Source of the DNA: Haliotis rubra
Taxonomy: Eukaryota
Reading direction: 5' to 3'
Length of the DNA stretch: 64,000 bases
Assembly: GCF_003918875.1 (NCBI RefSeq)
Contig: NW_025765914.1
Coordinates: 310,001-374,000 of the forward strand
Below are positions 11,307 through 25,008 of the stretch, piece by piece (position 1 is the first letter of the stretch; every line of letters starts with the position of its first letter). The position numbers were made by a program, and so were the translations under genes. The notes under the pieces are model-generated. The model worked only from the letters and a program-made list of their open reading frames with translations, was not told where the DNA came from and ran no database searches.

Positions 11307-11527
11307 ATTGTATCTAATATTAGTCACTTGCGTTTCCTGAGGACTCAATTGTAAGTGGGTCAAAACTAGCAGTCACGCATGGTGGTGTTGACAATTTTCG
11401 AGAAGTGTTGTTATGTGCTTTAATTATTGATGTGATCATTTTAAGGTCACTTACTGCAGAACTAACATTTTCTGGTGAATTTCTTTCTGAAAATTGGTAG
11501 TCTCGCGCCACATGTGAAGAAATGAGC

Positions 11528-11561
11528 TATATATAAATTTTATGACGTCATGGTAAATCCC
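11528..11561 (-). promoter_or_regulatory. Candidate core promoter of TIR paralogue B: kB-like, CRE, TATA
   Basis: On the minus strand the order is GGGATTTACC (11552-11561), TGACGTCA (11543-11550), TTTATATATA (11528-11537), about 220 bp upstream of the ATG. Confidence 0.4.
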
Positions 11562-12067
11562 ATCCATGACAAAACGAAATAAGGAAGTCAATGATAATGA
11601 CAGCGTGGTACATGTTTTAAATCGTTGCATAGGCCAAACAAACACTGCGGGTCAGAAAATCGCTTGAAAACCACACCATCACCTTCATTCTAGGGAACCA
11701 GTCTGATATAGACAGCTGTCAACAATGTTTGTTTGCACCGGAAACACACTGTTAAAATGTAGGGTATAGTCATTAAAATGGTCTCACAACTCTTCACTTT
11801 CTATATCTTTAATAATATAAATAGTTTAACAGGGACATCTGACATTTGCAATACCCGTTGAATGCAGGTGCCCGACGATTCGGTTAGATGATTGTCCAAA
11901 GCGCCCAGCTGTCCTGAACGTCGTTAGCCATGAACAAGTTAAAATCGGAAATATTGCGTGGATCCGCCTGTATTCTGCCAATCACAGTGATCAAACCTCA
12001 CACCTGTATCCAGACTCCCCAAACGATTGTTCTGACTAACGTTTACGGCATAGTCTGTTGTGCCTAT

Positions 12068-12335
12068 GACCCGTGAAGATCCGGGGTAGAATAGGTCTTC
12101 AGCAACCCATGCTTGCCACAAAAGGCAACTATGCTTGTCGTAAGAGGCAACTAACGGGATCGGGTGGTCAGGCTTGCTGACTTGGTTGACACATGTCATC
12201 CGTTCCCAATTGCGCAGATCGATGCTCGTGCAGCTGATCACTGGATTGTCTGGTCCAGACTCGATTATTTACATACCGCCGCCATATAGCTGGAATATTG
12301 CTGCGTGCGGCGTAAAACTAAACTCACTCACTCAC
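12068..12335 (+). mobile_element. SINE family A, full-length copy
   Basis: GACCCGTGAAGATCCGGG...GGATCGGGTGGTCAGGC...ATATTGCTG..GCGGCGTAAAACTAAACTCACTCACTC. Further copies at about 14052-14227(-), 25445-25768(+), 28476-28700(-), 29850-30049(-), 32479-32668(+), 33022-33262(-), 56152-56315(+), 59906-60163(+) and 60752-60944(+). Confidence 0.85.
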
Positions 12336-12894
12336 TGTTGTGCCTGTCCCGGGAGTCCGAAGTGATTCATCCGAAAACAACGATTGCCCAACCACGGTGG
12401 GTTCGGCGTTGCCGCTTTTGACACCAACGACGTGTTACAGTGATGTGACGGTCCGTCGTGGACGTCGGGCATGCAGGGTCCATGACGTCGGGCATGCAGG
12501 GTCCATCTGTGCAGCTGTTTTCAGAATCGTCTGTCCACTCACCTTTTCACCTTAAACTCTGTGAAGCTAATCTCTGAGAGGCACTTTGACTTTGGTTGAC
12601 CAGATCGACGTCTGTGGTCAATGTTATTGTTTGTCGATATCGCGACTGAAACCTGCTAATTATTGAATGTGAAACGATACGAGCTGGAGCCAAAATGCTC
12701 TGTCATGTTCCAACTTCAAACATGCCAATACACGAAGCCTGACCCCGTTTAATTGAGTTTAAAACAATATCAGAAACAGTTTCTGCTCTATATTACTGAA
12801 ATGTTCAGAACACACTGACGCGTTTCACTGTAAGTTTCGAATTTATCCCGACCATGCTGAGACGCATATCATGAAAAACGCCTGCACGAAATTG

Positions 12895-13060
12895 GTGAGT
12901 GTGAGTGAGTGTGTTCAGTTGTACGCAGCTTTTAGTAATATTCCAGCAAATATCACGGCGGGGAACACAAGAAATGGGCTTCACGCATTGAACCCATGTG
13001 GGGTATCGAACCGGGTTTTCGGCTTTACGAGCGAACACCTCAACCATTTGGCTACACCAC
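12895..13060 (-). mobile_element. tRNA-derived SINE family B copy
   Basis: Box A/B-like head (GGTAGCCTAGTGG / GGTTCGATTCCC consensus) and the same 3' tail as family A. Confidence 0.8.
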
Positions 13061-16000
13061 AGGAAATTGGTAAGTTTGTGTGATAATACGTTGTGAAGTG
13101 AGTAATCTTAATCATGATCTTACTTTTTCTGAATAGTATACTTCCGGGGTGTGCGGTTTCACCATCCCCGAAAACGTACGGTGCAGTAGTGACGCTTGTC
13201 CAGTATTGTCACCAATGGAGTGTTCCCTTTACTACCTCACGTTAGCCAAGTTACACATGTTCAGTGCATGGTGTTACTGAACAGAGTAACTGTTGAAAAT
13301 GGCTATGGTTTGTGTCATGATAGATGCAACAAAAGCACAAATTTGACAAATACGTCTCTAAATCTGAAAATATACATCCGCAACAATATCTGACAAGTTA
13401 TAGGTTCAATTTAAGCAAGCCTCAAAATTCGATAGTTAATTATTCATTTCAGCAATACATAAATTTCAGATCGACTATATCGACATCTTATAGAGCGAAA
13501 ATTATATGTCCACGACTGTGACCTTGACGTAAGCGGGATAACTCTTATTTATCATATTAAGTTCAAGGTAGAACGTACACACGTTGACGATTGTTGCGAT
13601 GACACTTTGACAAAATATTTTGCCTGTAAGTGTTTTGATATAAATTATTCTGTTATCCACACTGACCTTGTCGGCTCCAAGGTGAAGGTAAAGATTATAT
13701 AGGTCATGAGATTTCCAGTATGGTGTAGATAAGAACAAGATAAACCCTTTGATGCATGGAAAACAGTGCCAGTTGTTATTGTCTTCACGAAAGCTATGCT
13801 GTTCACATATTGTTCCCATAAGCGAACCAAAGCTCTAAAACTTGAATGACCCTCAAACCTTGCAGCACTTAGTTTATTTGTAGTTACGTATGCGCAGTGA
13901 ACGTAAACTGCCGCAGTCTGTGTCAAGGCGGAGGTGCGTTATCTTGTTTATACAATACAAACTAGTTGTTGATAGCAAGCGCACCGACTTCACCCCAAAA
14001 GGTCGAAATTTGCATTAAACCATTACCTAGTTGTCAGCGTTAATAATGTCTTTGTTTGGCGCTGCATGTAGCAATGTTGCAGCTATATGACGGCGGTCCA
14101 GACAATTCAGAGACTGACATGATCTACGCAATTGGGATACGATGACATGTGTCAACCAAGTCAGCGAGCCCGACCACCAGATCCCGTTAGTCGCCTCTCA
14201 CGACAGGCATGGATGGCTGAAGACCAGTACCTGTGTAGTACGGTGCAGTGAGATCACCTCTGTGTAAAACGGCTGAGTCATAATGCACAATAAGGATCCA
14301 TCTTTTTCGTTTGCGGGCAAACTAAGTTAACTTTCTATTTTTGGGTGGGGAAAATCTGAAATATCTTAACATGAAGCACCCTTGTTTCTCAACCCTCTCA
14401 ATGGCATCGGGAGCCAAACCCCCACCCACCCCTCTACCATCTAAGTCACATCACACACAAACACACGGATACATGCCTTTCCCTTAGTCAGTCTAAGTCC
14501 CTGAACCGCATTTTTTTAACATCCGCCAAGAACATTCTGCAATGCTAAAGCTCCAAAATGAAGCAAGTCTAGATTTCCTCAGGTTCAAGCTAACTTCTCA
14601 CCTAGGCTCCTTTTAAATTTAATAGGGATTTTATTTTCTATATTCAGGACTAAGCGTTAGTCTAACCTTTAACTCTGACATGAACGATTTTAAGCGAGAT
14701 ATGTCACGTGGCATTCCATGTCATTCAACAACTGACCAATCGACGGAGCAAATCTGGGTCTACAGCTTAAAGGTAAGAGACATGTGCATACACAGCACTT
14801 CCTTTACTATTGAATATACAACGATTAAAAAAGTCAGTGTTATCCCGGATTTACCTGTATAGCACGTAGCGTGAAAAATAACACCTGACACCCTTCGCTC
14901 TGTGTGGCCGTCCAAGGTAGGTCGCTTGTTTCAGTAAGTGCAGCAGAAACTGAATTACATCACATTATAGATTGTTATTTAATATGCATATTGGGCTACA
15001 TAAAATATATATTTACCACGCCTCTAGCAGGAGTTAAATAATACAAACGTCTACATAAACCTTGTCTTTAGCAGTTGTATAAAATGTCTATTAACATTGT
15101 CTGTAGAAGGGTTGTATAAAAGGGTTGTATAAAATGTTTATCAAAGGGTGTCTCTAAACATTGTCTGTAGAAGGGCACATCTCTGTTATATGTCTGTCGC
15201 TTGGTGTACCATGTCTATAGATGGGGGGCATTAACATCATGTCTCTAGCAATGGATGTATAGACATAAATCCTATCTCTAGTAAGGGCCAACATATACTT
15301 TAACTACATCACTAGGTGCTTCGGGATTTGTGCGTTTAAAATGATAGCCTCACAATTTAAAGATCAGCCTATACAATGTAGTACTGAAACATATTGACAT
15401 GTAAAGCAATTTGCCTTGCCACGTGTATATTACAGTGCATTCTGTTTACTACGAGCATAACAGAAAAAGGTGTGTGACAGTTTGAACTCCACATGAGATT
15501 TACAACATTTTATGTACAATAGATTACATCTGATATGCCGATGGTGCAGTAGACACGACGTCCGTCATTTTTTGTTGCATTTACAAACGTGAAACGGTAA
15601 AGTAAACGCACATTTAATCAATGCTTTTTCATAAAGTCTTGTTTTTGATACACTATTTTGCACCGTGACAGCGTTTCTCTATTGATCGTACTGTGCACAC
15701 GTTGGAAGGTCCTACACCTTGTGTCCGTGCCGCCGTGCACGTAGCTCGGTGTAGGTGATGTCATGTCGGGGGAGTCTGAACACTGGGACTCAGTCACTGA
15801 CAACAACCTGACATGCGCAGTGTACACATGCATCCCATGTCCAGGAATAGTCTTGTAATACGTGTACAGGTATTCGAAGCTGATGAAACGTGTTGGAGCA
15901 AGACTATATTCGGGATTAACCTCAATGGCCTCTTCTCGTGTCGTGTCAGCCTGCCCCAGTCGTTCAGTTGTGCGTTCTCTTTCACAAATATTAAGGGAAT

Positions 16001-16811
16001 AAAATATTGTTTACCAATTACAGTTGTCACTCGTGAGGTATGCAAAGGTTTGTTTTGATATAATGTTGATTTACGATTAAGAAAATTGGTTACAAACGCA
16101 AGACAACTATTATTTAAATGTAGCTATGTGTCTAATTCACATTTTAACTCATTCATAGAAAAGTTATAACACGTGTACTTGTAAAACCTATTATGATCAT
16201 GTGATAAATTCCTGTATTATGAAAACTTTAACTACATATATTAATGCACAGCAGCAATTGTTTGCTATTAATGTTCAAATATTTAGACATGCTCTATCGA
16301 AATATAGATGTTACCCACGTGATCTCTTAACTTAGTGAACACCCGGTGCCATCGCTAATTATTAATCATCATTGTAATTTTCATCATTTTGTAACTTTTC
16401 GCCCGTTGAATCTGTTTTGGTACATATTACTTTTCTGTCGGTCACCCGGCATATCTATAACTGAGTTTGTGATGTGCGGAAATATATAAAAAAATATATA
16501 TCATCAATAACTTTTGAAAGCACACTCAGTTGTCTCCCTAACCCATGATTGATGAGTTATCCGCCCCGAGTGTATAAATCCTGTTAATACTGTAACAGTT
16601 GCCTTACTGTTCACCATGACAACATATGTATGTGACATCACAATCCAGAATATATGTACATATACACATACCTACAACCAAGGTTACATAATCAAACATT
16701 CTACAATGTGTGCTCAAGAACGAACTCTCTTTACAAAGGGACGTAACTCTCGTAGGCCTTCTTGCGTACCACAAGCCATATAAAACCTCATCCCAATCCT
16801 CTGATATCTAA

Positions 16812-17219
16812 AGCGGCCTTAGCACGGCAAACTTAAAGTTTGACAACTCGAGTTTGAGAGTGTGAACATTCCACCAACTCGCCACCAACACCAATTTCAG
16901 AGTTGTCAAACTGTTGTCGAGAAATAGAATCGGCGTCTATTATCACCAACTTTTCCATCAAACATTCCGTGTTGTAAAACTCGAGTTTGACATGTGAAGT
17001 GTTGTCAAACTCGTGTTGTTCAGAAGCAACCAATTGCAGTCAACGAACTTGTCACGTGATGTTTTAGTGGTCTGGTCAACTCGACCTACAAAATGGCATC
17101 GCTCAAATGTCACGAAAATTTGACAACATGTGTTTGACGTGTGAAGACGTGAGTTTGACAACTTTTAGAATTTTAACAACATGTGTTGTCAAACTTTAGT
17201 TTACCGTGTGAAGGCCGCT
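16812..17219. mobile_element. MITE with ~35-bp TIRs (PIF/Harbinger-like)
   Basis: AGCGGCCTT..CACGG.AAACT(T)AAAGTTTGACAAC at the left end and its reverse complement at the right end; internal GTTGTCAAACT repeats. Confidence 0.7.
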
Positions 17220-17261
17220 AAATAACACTTCACTGAAGTAAGATAAGCTAACGTCAAACGA

Positions 17262-17572
17262 TGACGTCATATCTACTGTTCCCTACAGCGCAACCCACTG
17301 ACGTCATATATTATACCTTATCTGACCAGGCAGCATTTACAGCAGTTACTACACCCTACATATGGATAACAATCTTTCTTCACACTCATACTAAAGACAC
17401 TTCTAAGATGCTTAGCGGTTAGAACAATCGAAAAAACAAACATTATCAGACAATAAAGGTATAGTTTTTTGATGACGTAACAATTGAATGACGTTATCCC
17501 GTCACTGCACCATTCTAGTGTACCCCTCGTAATCGAACCATTTTACATTACGTCACAATGTAAGCGACGTCA
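17262..17572 (+). promoter_or_regulatory. CRE/ATF-like motif cluster upstream of the AKR gene
   Basis: Perfect TGACGTCA at 17262 and 17299, plus TGACGTAA, TGACGTTA, TTACGTCA and CGACGTCA within 300 bp. A possible 5' UTR exon donor lies at about 17459. Confidence 0.35.
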
Positions 17573-18023
17573 CGATGCATGTCAGTTGTCATCGCCTCTT
17601 ACGGCCTCCTACAGTAAACTACTCCGTTGCACCCCGTTTCTTGGTTTGCAGTTGCTTCACGCAGCTAACAACACTGGTGGAAACATTACGTTTATGTTTT
17701 ACGACGGTTAAAATGTGTCAATTCGACTCACAAGTTTTCAGCGACACGGTAACGTTCGCGATGTTTACATTCCCACAATGCAATCGTGGAATGTCGCTTG
17801 ACAACTCAGCTTCATCTGGATGTACTGATCTAAACTTACGTTGGTAGTAGAAATGCGACGTTCATATTGTCCCATATGGTTTACGTTAATGACAGATGTA
17901 ATTAAAATAATTCAGAGAAGATGATATTATTTTGCTATACGGGGGGCTGTTGCAAGATGACATTGTTATCATGGCTACCATGTGATTATCTTTTTATGCT
18001 ACTGTTGCGATATCTTTCAGATA

Positions 18024-21000
18024 ATGGCGGACCGAATACCCAGAATGCGTCTGAGGAGCAGTTACAACATGCCTATGCTTGGGTTGGGAACGAACAACTG
18101 TTCCAAGGTTTGTGGTGTTTTTGGATTATCTTAGCTTGAACTGTTACAAAATGGACCCAATATCCTACTCAATACAGTATTCCGAATAGACAAGACAATT
18201 TAGTAGATAAAGACGCATATGGCCCAAAATGCAGACCTGTAGCAGTTACTTTTCTGAGGGCTGTAATTAACACCTACCAGAAGGTTGAAGTTGAGAATAT
18301 AATGTGTAATTTTAGCATAAGGTTGACAAATACATGCATGGAAATATAGTATTCATTAAAATTGGTCTATCAAATGCTATTAACCCTATTTCTTGTCTTT
18401 TGCACATAAATTCTGTATTTCTTGAGTGTTAATTATAATTACACAAGTGTTTAATGCGCTGCCAATTCTGACATATTAACTAACATACATCATTTTGCTA
18501 GATGTATATGCATCAATACAAGCAAAATATGAGTTTCATCTTTTTTGTACATTAAGTGCATTATTGTCTCTGTCATCAGTCTAATATTGCCTCATCTTAT
18601 TGCTGTAAAACATATTCTCAGATGTAGTGGAATATCAATCCACGGATATGTTTCCATTTGTAAAACTGTCTTACATAAAATCTCGTTGGAACATTTATGA
18701 GAAGTGTGCAGTGAGGAACACCAATATTGTTTAGGAATGTGAAAAGTCTGGTTTTAGATAATCTGATAAAAGTTGCAGTATTCCCAAAATTTTAGCTTAT
18801 CCATGTGAAACAAAACCCAAACTGAAATTGAACATGTTTGACATGTGGAGCCAATGTGACCCTCCCAGCGTCATGAAAAGACTTTAACATTAAATAGCAT
18901 TGTGAGATAGCATATTTCTATCAAGAGTATTTAATCTGCACCACTACTTAGCTTCCCCTGGCATGTATGCCAGCTGAAGTGGAGCTCTACCACATTCACC
19001 AAGGACCAAATTATTGTACTCATACTAACCTTCAGTAATTTTTTGCAACTTTTATCTGAACATTTTCAACCGTTCTATGGTATTTTATGTTCCACATTTC
19101 TGACCCACTGTTGGTCTTATCAGTGCAGTAGAAATACTGAATGTTCAGTACAATTTATATGATCTACGGTCTTTCGATACCTTTACGTTGCCATAAATGT
19201 TTTATTTGCTGATGATGCAATTCATGAATTATCTTTTGCCCAAATTACGGTGAAAATACTAAACCTAAATATTTATGAAATAACACAACCTCAAACCTTT
19301 GGCAACGAAAATACCAGTGGAAACAACATAACATTTATCTTTTTCTATACCAGTTAATTGAAGATTCAGTAGTATTAGCCACTACTGAAACATCATCCAC
19401 ACATATTAGAGTAAATAGGGCATTTGCATCAGGAGATACATAATACCTGTCTACGATATGCTCCCATCATGCTAACAAGCTGATTGATAAAGATAATAAA
19501 CAGCTGTGGACTCAATATGCAGCCTTGGCTACCAACATTACACCTGTAGTAATTAGACAATCCATTCGCAGTTCTTACACAGTCCGATAGCTTTGAATAC
19601 ATTGATGAAATAATATGAAAGATTTTCCCATTTATGCCCTCATTTAAGTCTTGTCGGTAATACATCATGCTCAACAGTATAAAACATTTTGAAAAATCAT
19701 ATGGCAAGATCAAACGGTTGGCAATGATAAAACCAACAACACTTCGCCATTGTGGGTCACACATGTGAACTGACCTTGCTTATCTTCAAACAGTATGCCA
19801 TTCATACTAAGATGTTCTACATAGTTCAGGACGTTATCTCTGCTTAATCTCAGTGGGTCAATATAGTAAGAGGGACAGTCATCAACGTCCTTATCAATAA
19901 CGTCAATAGTGGCAATTCTACCATGACTTCAGTAAATACTGGATTGTGATTGGTTAATTATAGTCATTCAGAAGTATATAATCATGTTCCAAGACAGTAT
20001 GTTTACCTCCTAAATGTTCAGAAAAGATCCAGTAAACACAAACTGGATGTATAAGTAATACATGGAGACACAGACACTAGTTAGAATATATATACTGGAC
20101 ACAAACAGTTAGGTATCATGAATATTATGGGGATTTTTTGTAGGGAACACTGATCACTCAATGATATAAATATTCATTATGTTTCATTTTCAAAACAACA
20201 TATCTTACAGAATATTAATGACTACTTACCTTTCTGTTTCAGTATGTAATATCTGGAGTGAGCAAGTGAGTTTAGTTTTACGCCGCCTTTAGCAATATTC
20301 CAGCAATATCACGACGGGGGATACCAGAAATGGGCTTCTCACATTGTACTCATGTGGGGAATCGAACCCGGGTCTTCGGCGCTCTAACTACTAGGCTACC
20401 CCGCCGGTCCTGTAATGTCTTGAAATTAGAATACAAATGATGACATTGTTATTTCCTAATTTCTGTTGCTGAATGTCGAAGTAATGTGAATGAAGTATTA
20501 TGTTGATTGTGTCAGGTCAGCGAGGTTGGGAATCTTGTGAGGACGGCCATACAGATAGGGTACCGCTACATCGACACCACCTCGGTCCACGAAACACAGC
20601 AGGAAATAGGAGACATTATTATACAACTGATCAACGATGGAAGGATAAAGCGGGAAGAGCTTTTCATTGTGGCGAAGGTAGGACGTCCAGGCAATATGCT
20701 GCAAGATGTCAAGTAATGTAGAATTATAGCAATATGTATGCAGGATGTTCTTCTTTGTGCAATTATCAAATTGATTAGGGACATGATTTCATGACGTTGC
20801 CAGCTTGTAAAATCTTGTACTTTTTGCGGTTGAGTCCTATCCGGAATTCGAATCCACACACTCAGACGACCAATTAACTTGTCAGAGGGGTACACACAAT
20901 TCGTGATATTGACTACCAGTTATCTCACTTGTTTTGAAGCCCCGTGTCTATGTGGATTAGATCGCAGACCTAGTGTGCTGAAGGTGTAGGTTCGAATCCT

Positions 21001-24000
21001 GTTTGTAACATCCCCGACATACACAGAAGAATAGTTTAGGCAAATGCGTAATCCCCTATATGATATTATATTATAGATACCCATTTTGAAAGGCATCTGT
21101 GTAATCATGAAATACTGTTCACATCAGCATAAACACATATCAGTCACGCCGTCCTAGTTGTGGCTACATTCGCATACATGTAGCTTTAAGTTACAATTAC
21201 AGATTTTCTGCCACTGTCACGAACCGGAGCAAGTCGAGCCAGAGTGCCGAATGTCACTGGAGGCCCTGAACATGGATTATATCGATCTCTATCTGTTACA
21301 GTTTCCCATGGTCCTAACAGTGAGTCAAGAACTCTTTCCTTTGTGTAAATTGTAGTCTAATTTTTTGACAGGATTGAGTATGTGATGTTTCAACAACTGT
21401 ACTTGCCTGTTGTCTTCATATAGTTGCCAGTTTTGAAATATAGGGCCTGTAAGTCTCGCGAGGCTCTACTTCCGGTACTCAGCTGGTTCCCGGCTCACTT
21501 TGCGCGCGCCAGTTTGCTATATGCAAGACGGAGCCCGGCTTACATCCGATGAGGTGAGGTGAGGTGAGGTGAGGTGAGGTGAGGTGAGGTGAGGTGAGGT
21601 GAAATAGCCCATACTTAAGCTGGTTTTATAGTGCTAGCCCACTGAGATACCATGCCGCAGTGAAGCATGAATAGCCCACTCAGACACAATATACTGACTC
21701 CGAGCCGACCAGTCCTTGTTGTACCCATTTATGCCGAGCGCCAGGCAGGGACCAACAAGTACCATATTTTAACGTCTTTTGGTATGACGCGGTCGGGGAT
21801 CGAACCCGCGACCTTCCGCTCTCCGGGCGGACGCTCTAACCACTACACCACAGAGGCGGTCGCTTACATCCGGTACAAGATTTCCGGTGACAAGCGTATA
21901 TTCAATAACCAGTTCTGATTCCAAATTGCGCGACCGCCAAAAATGACTTTACAAGACCGGACCAAGTGTACAACCATGCTTGGCCGTCACAGCTGTTGAC
22001 AGTCGTAATAGTTTGCTAATTTGGGGATGGTTAGATCGGAAATTTGTTATTTCTGAGATGATTATCGGTTCCTTACTGTCAACTGACAACCATGAGACCA
22101 TTCGTGAAGGTATGAAACGTGTTTGTCACAGTGAGGACTAAACAACGCCTCCCGAAGTGCCGTGACCTACTTACAGGCACTATTGGGCTGATTTCTCTAC
22201 ACACTTGTTTGGGTGTTGGTACTCGGTGACTCTGTCACGCGTTTTTCACTGCTTTTTTTTAACTCGCAATCTGTTACCTTAGCGATTTATCGAGACTGAT
22301 TGTTCGCTCGCTAAATATCAATTTAGTCATCGAATATTGTCAGAATATGGCTGAAATTCTTATGGCCTTAGATGAAACTCACTCACTCGAATATTGTCTA
22401 ACATACCTCTAAGCTGATACAATAGCTGCTTAGTAGTAATGAATTTCGCGTCGTATGATATAAGAGTTTGTTGTCGTCAGTCACCTGACACTTCAAGGCA
22501 TCGTCGGTGCACATATCAAGAGTGTGGTAATATTTCATAATTGCATGTAGATTGGCATTCGCAGTGAAGCGGCTGGCAAATCACAGGCATCAGATTCAAG
22601 ATTGCCCATGCCGTTGATGATGTGATAGTGTAACGGACTTATAACCAGATGGCATAATGGCTTCTAACGTCCGGTGCTTACTGTAACTAGATGGCATAAT
22701 GGCCGCTATCATCCGGTGCTTACTGTAACCAGATGGCATAATGGCTTCTAACGTCCGGTGCTTACTGTAACCAGATGGTATAATTGCCGCTATCATCCGG
22801 TGCTTACTGTAACCAGATGGCATAATAGCTTCTAACGTCCGGTGCTTATGCTTCTGGTGCTTACTGTAACCAGATGGCATAATGGCTTCTAACGTCCGGT
22901 GCTTACTGTAACCAGATGGCATAATGGCCGCTATCATCCGGTGCTTACTGTAACCAGATGGCATAATGGCTTCTAACGTCCGGTGCTTACTGTAACCAGA
23001 TGGTATAATGGCCGCTATCATCTGGTGCTTATGTGGTGCTTACTGTTTCCCCAAAATTGTCACCCATCGATATTATGACACTGTCTATTGTAGTTTTTCC
23101 GTATTATGTGTGGACATGTGTGTGTTTCCCCAGGACAAGGAGCGAACCAAGTTGACTACAACCGACTTCCTGGACACTTGGAGGGTAGGTGGCTCTACTC
23201 TACTCAGGGAGAAACAATAAACCGTAACAAGCGATACTTTTCAAATCGTGTATATTTCCAGCCAGCAAAATACAACTTGATGTACATTCCATGATACTTT
23301 GTAAGGTATTCTATGTTTATTTTCTGATGTTTTGCCCACCTGAACATAACAATGCTATCCTAGTTTGTCCATCAAGCAGATCTTGACTGTATTGCGAAAA
23401 TAGAAGCAACATCTTCCTAAGGTCACTGACGCTTTAGAGATGCCCTAAACGTTTAAACTGGTTTACTAAGGTATTGCACATTGTGACCCTTTTGGTGGAT
23501 TCTACACCAGTTAACATACTGGGCTCATGTATGACATCATTTGGTATGATACTTATACCATGCTGTTTTCTAGAAACAATGATAGACAACTGACATTGTT
23601 TGTATGTTCAGGTTCCACCTGAGTATTTTCTTTCCACCCCAACAGGCCATGGAGAAGCTGGTGGACAAGGGCCTTGTCAGGTCTGTCGGCGTCTCCAACT
23701 TCAATAAACACCAACTACCATAATGAGCATCTATGCTGCACAAAATTGTCACCCATCGATATTATGACACTGTCTATTGTAGTTTTTCCGTATTATGTGT
23801 GGACATGTGTGTGTTTCCCCAGGACAAGGAGCGAACCAAGTTGACTACAACCGACTTCCTGGACACTTGGAGGGTAGGTGGCTCTACTCTACTCAGGGAG
23901 AAACAATAAACCGTAACACGCGATACTTTTCAAATCGTGTATATTTCCAGCCAGCAAAATACAACTTGATGTACATTCCATGATACTTTGTAAGGTATTT

Positions 24001-24976
24001 TATGTTTATTTTCTGATGTTTTGCCCACCTGAACATAACAATGCTATCCTAGTTTGTCCATCAAGCAGATCTTGACTGTATTGCGAAAATAGAAGCAACA
24101 TCTTCCTAAGGTCACTGACGCTTTAGAGATGCCCTAAACGTTTAAACTAGTTTACTAAGGTATTGCACATTGTGACCCTTTTGGTGGATTCTACACCAGT
24201 TAACATACTGGGCTCATGTATGACATCATTTGGTATGATACTTATACCATGCTGTTTTCTAGAAACAATGATAGACAACTGACATTGTTTGTATGTTCAG
24301 GTTCCACCTGAGTATTTTCTTTCCACCCCAACAGGCCATGGAGAAGCTGGTGGACAAGGGCCTTGTCAGGTCTGTCGGCGTCTCCAACTTCAATAAACAC
24401 CAACTGGAGAGGATTCTCAAAATGGACGGTCTCAAGTACAAGCCTGCGAACAACCAGGTAGAAGACGTTAGGATTCAACAAAATCCATGAATAGAAATTT
24501 TGCCCCAAATAGGGAAATATATTTTCGATCTGTTGACTGGTTTCAGATGGAGATAACTCCGTCTCTGTCCCAGGACGAGCTTCTACAGTTCTCCTTGCAA
24601 AACGGCATCTCCACTACTGGCTGTGAGCCATTTGCGACTCCAGGACAAGCAAAGTGAGACTCGTCATTTACATCGAAATCATGCAAATTAACAAAACCGA
24701 GCTGCTGTAGATTTGAATAAGATTGCTGTCGTGGGTAATCTAGTCGTGTAACACGGCAAGATTCGATGTGCCGAGTAGCGTCCCTTGTGCATGCCAGGAA
24801 TATGGGTTCTAATCTATGCCATGATGGGAATCACATTCACATAAAGCTGACATTATCTGATAAACCTAAACATTTAGCAGGGCTAAAGAAAACGACCTGT
24901 ATACTGACATTCTAGACACCGCTTTGTAAGATTGTATGACTGGGTGTCTGTTATGGATCAGGCACGCATGGACTCA

Positions 24977-25008
<32 letters not shown>

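Noticed and set aside
21790-21861. tRNA genes (also at the heads of family B copies)
   Set aside because: A/B boxes are present but continue into SINE bodies with tails and TSDs; there is no complete cloverleaf.
22596-23021. 141-aa repetitive ORF ([11 protein letters not shown])
   Set aside because: A by-product of an intronic 42-bp minisatellite; no splice or domain support.
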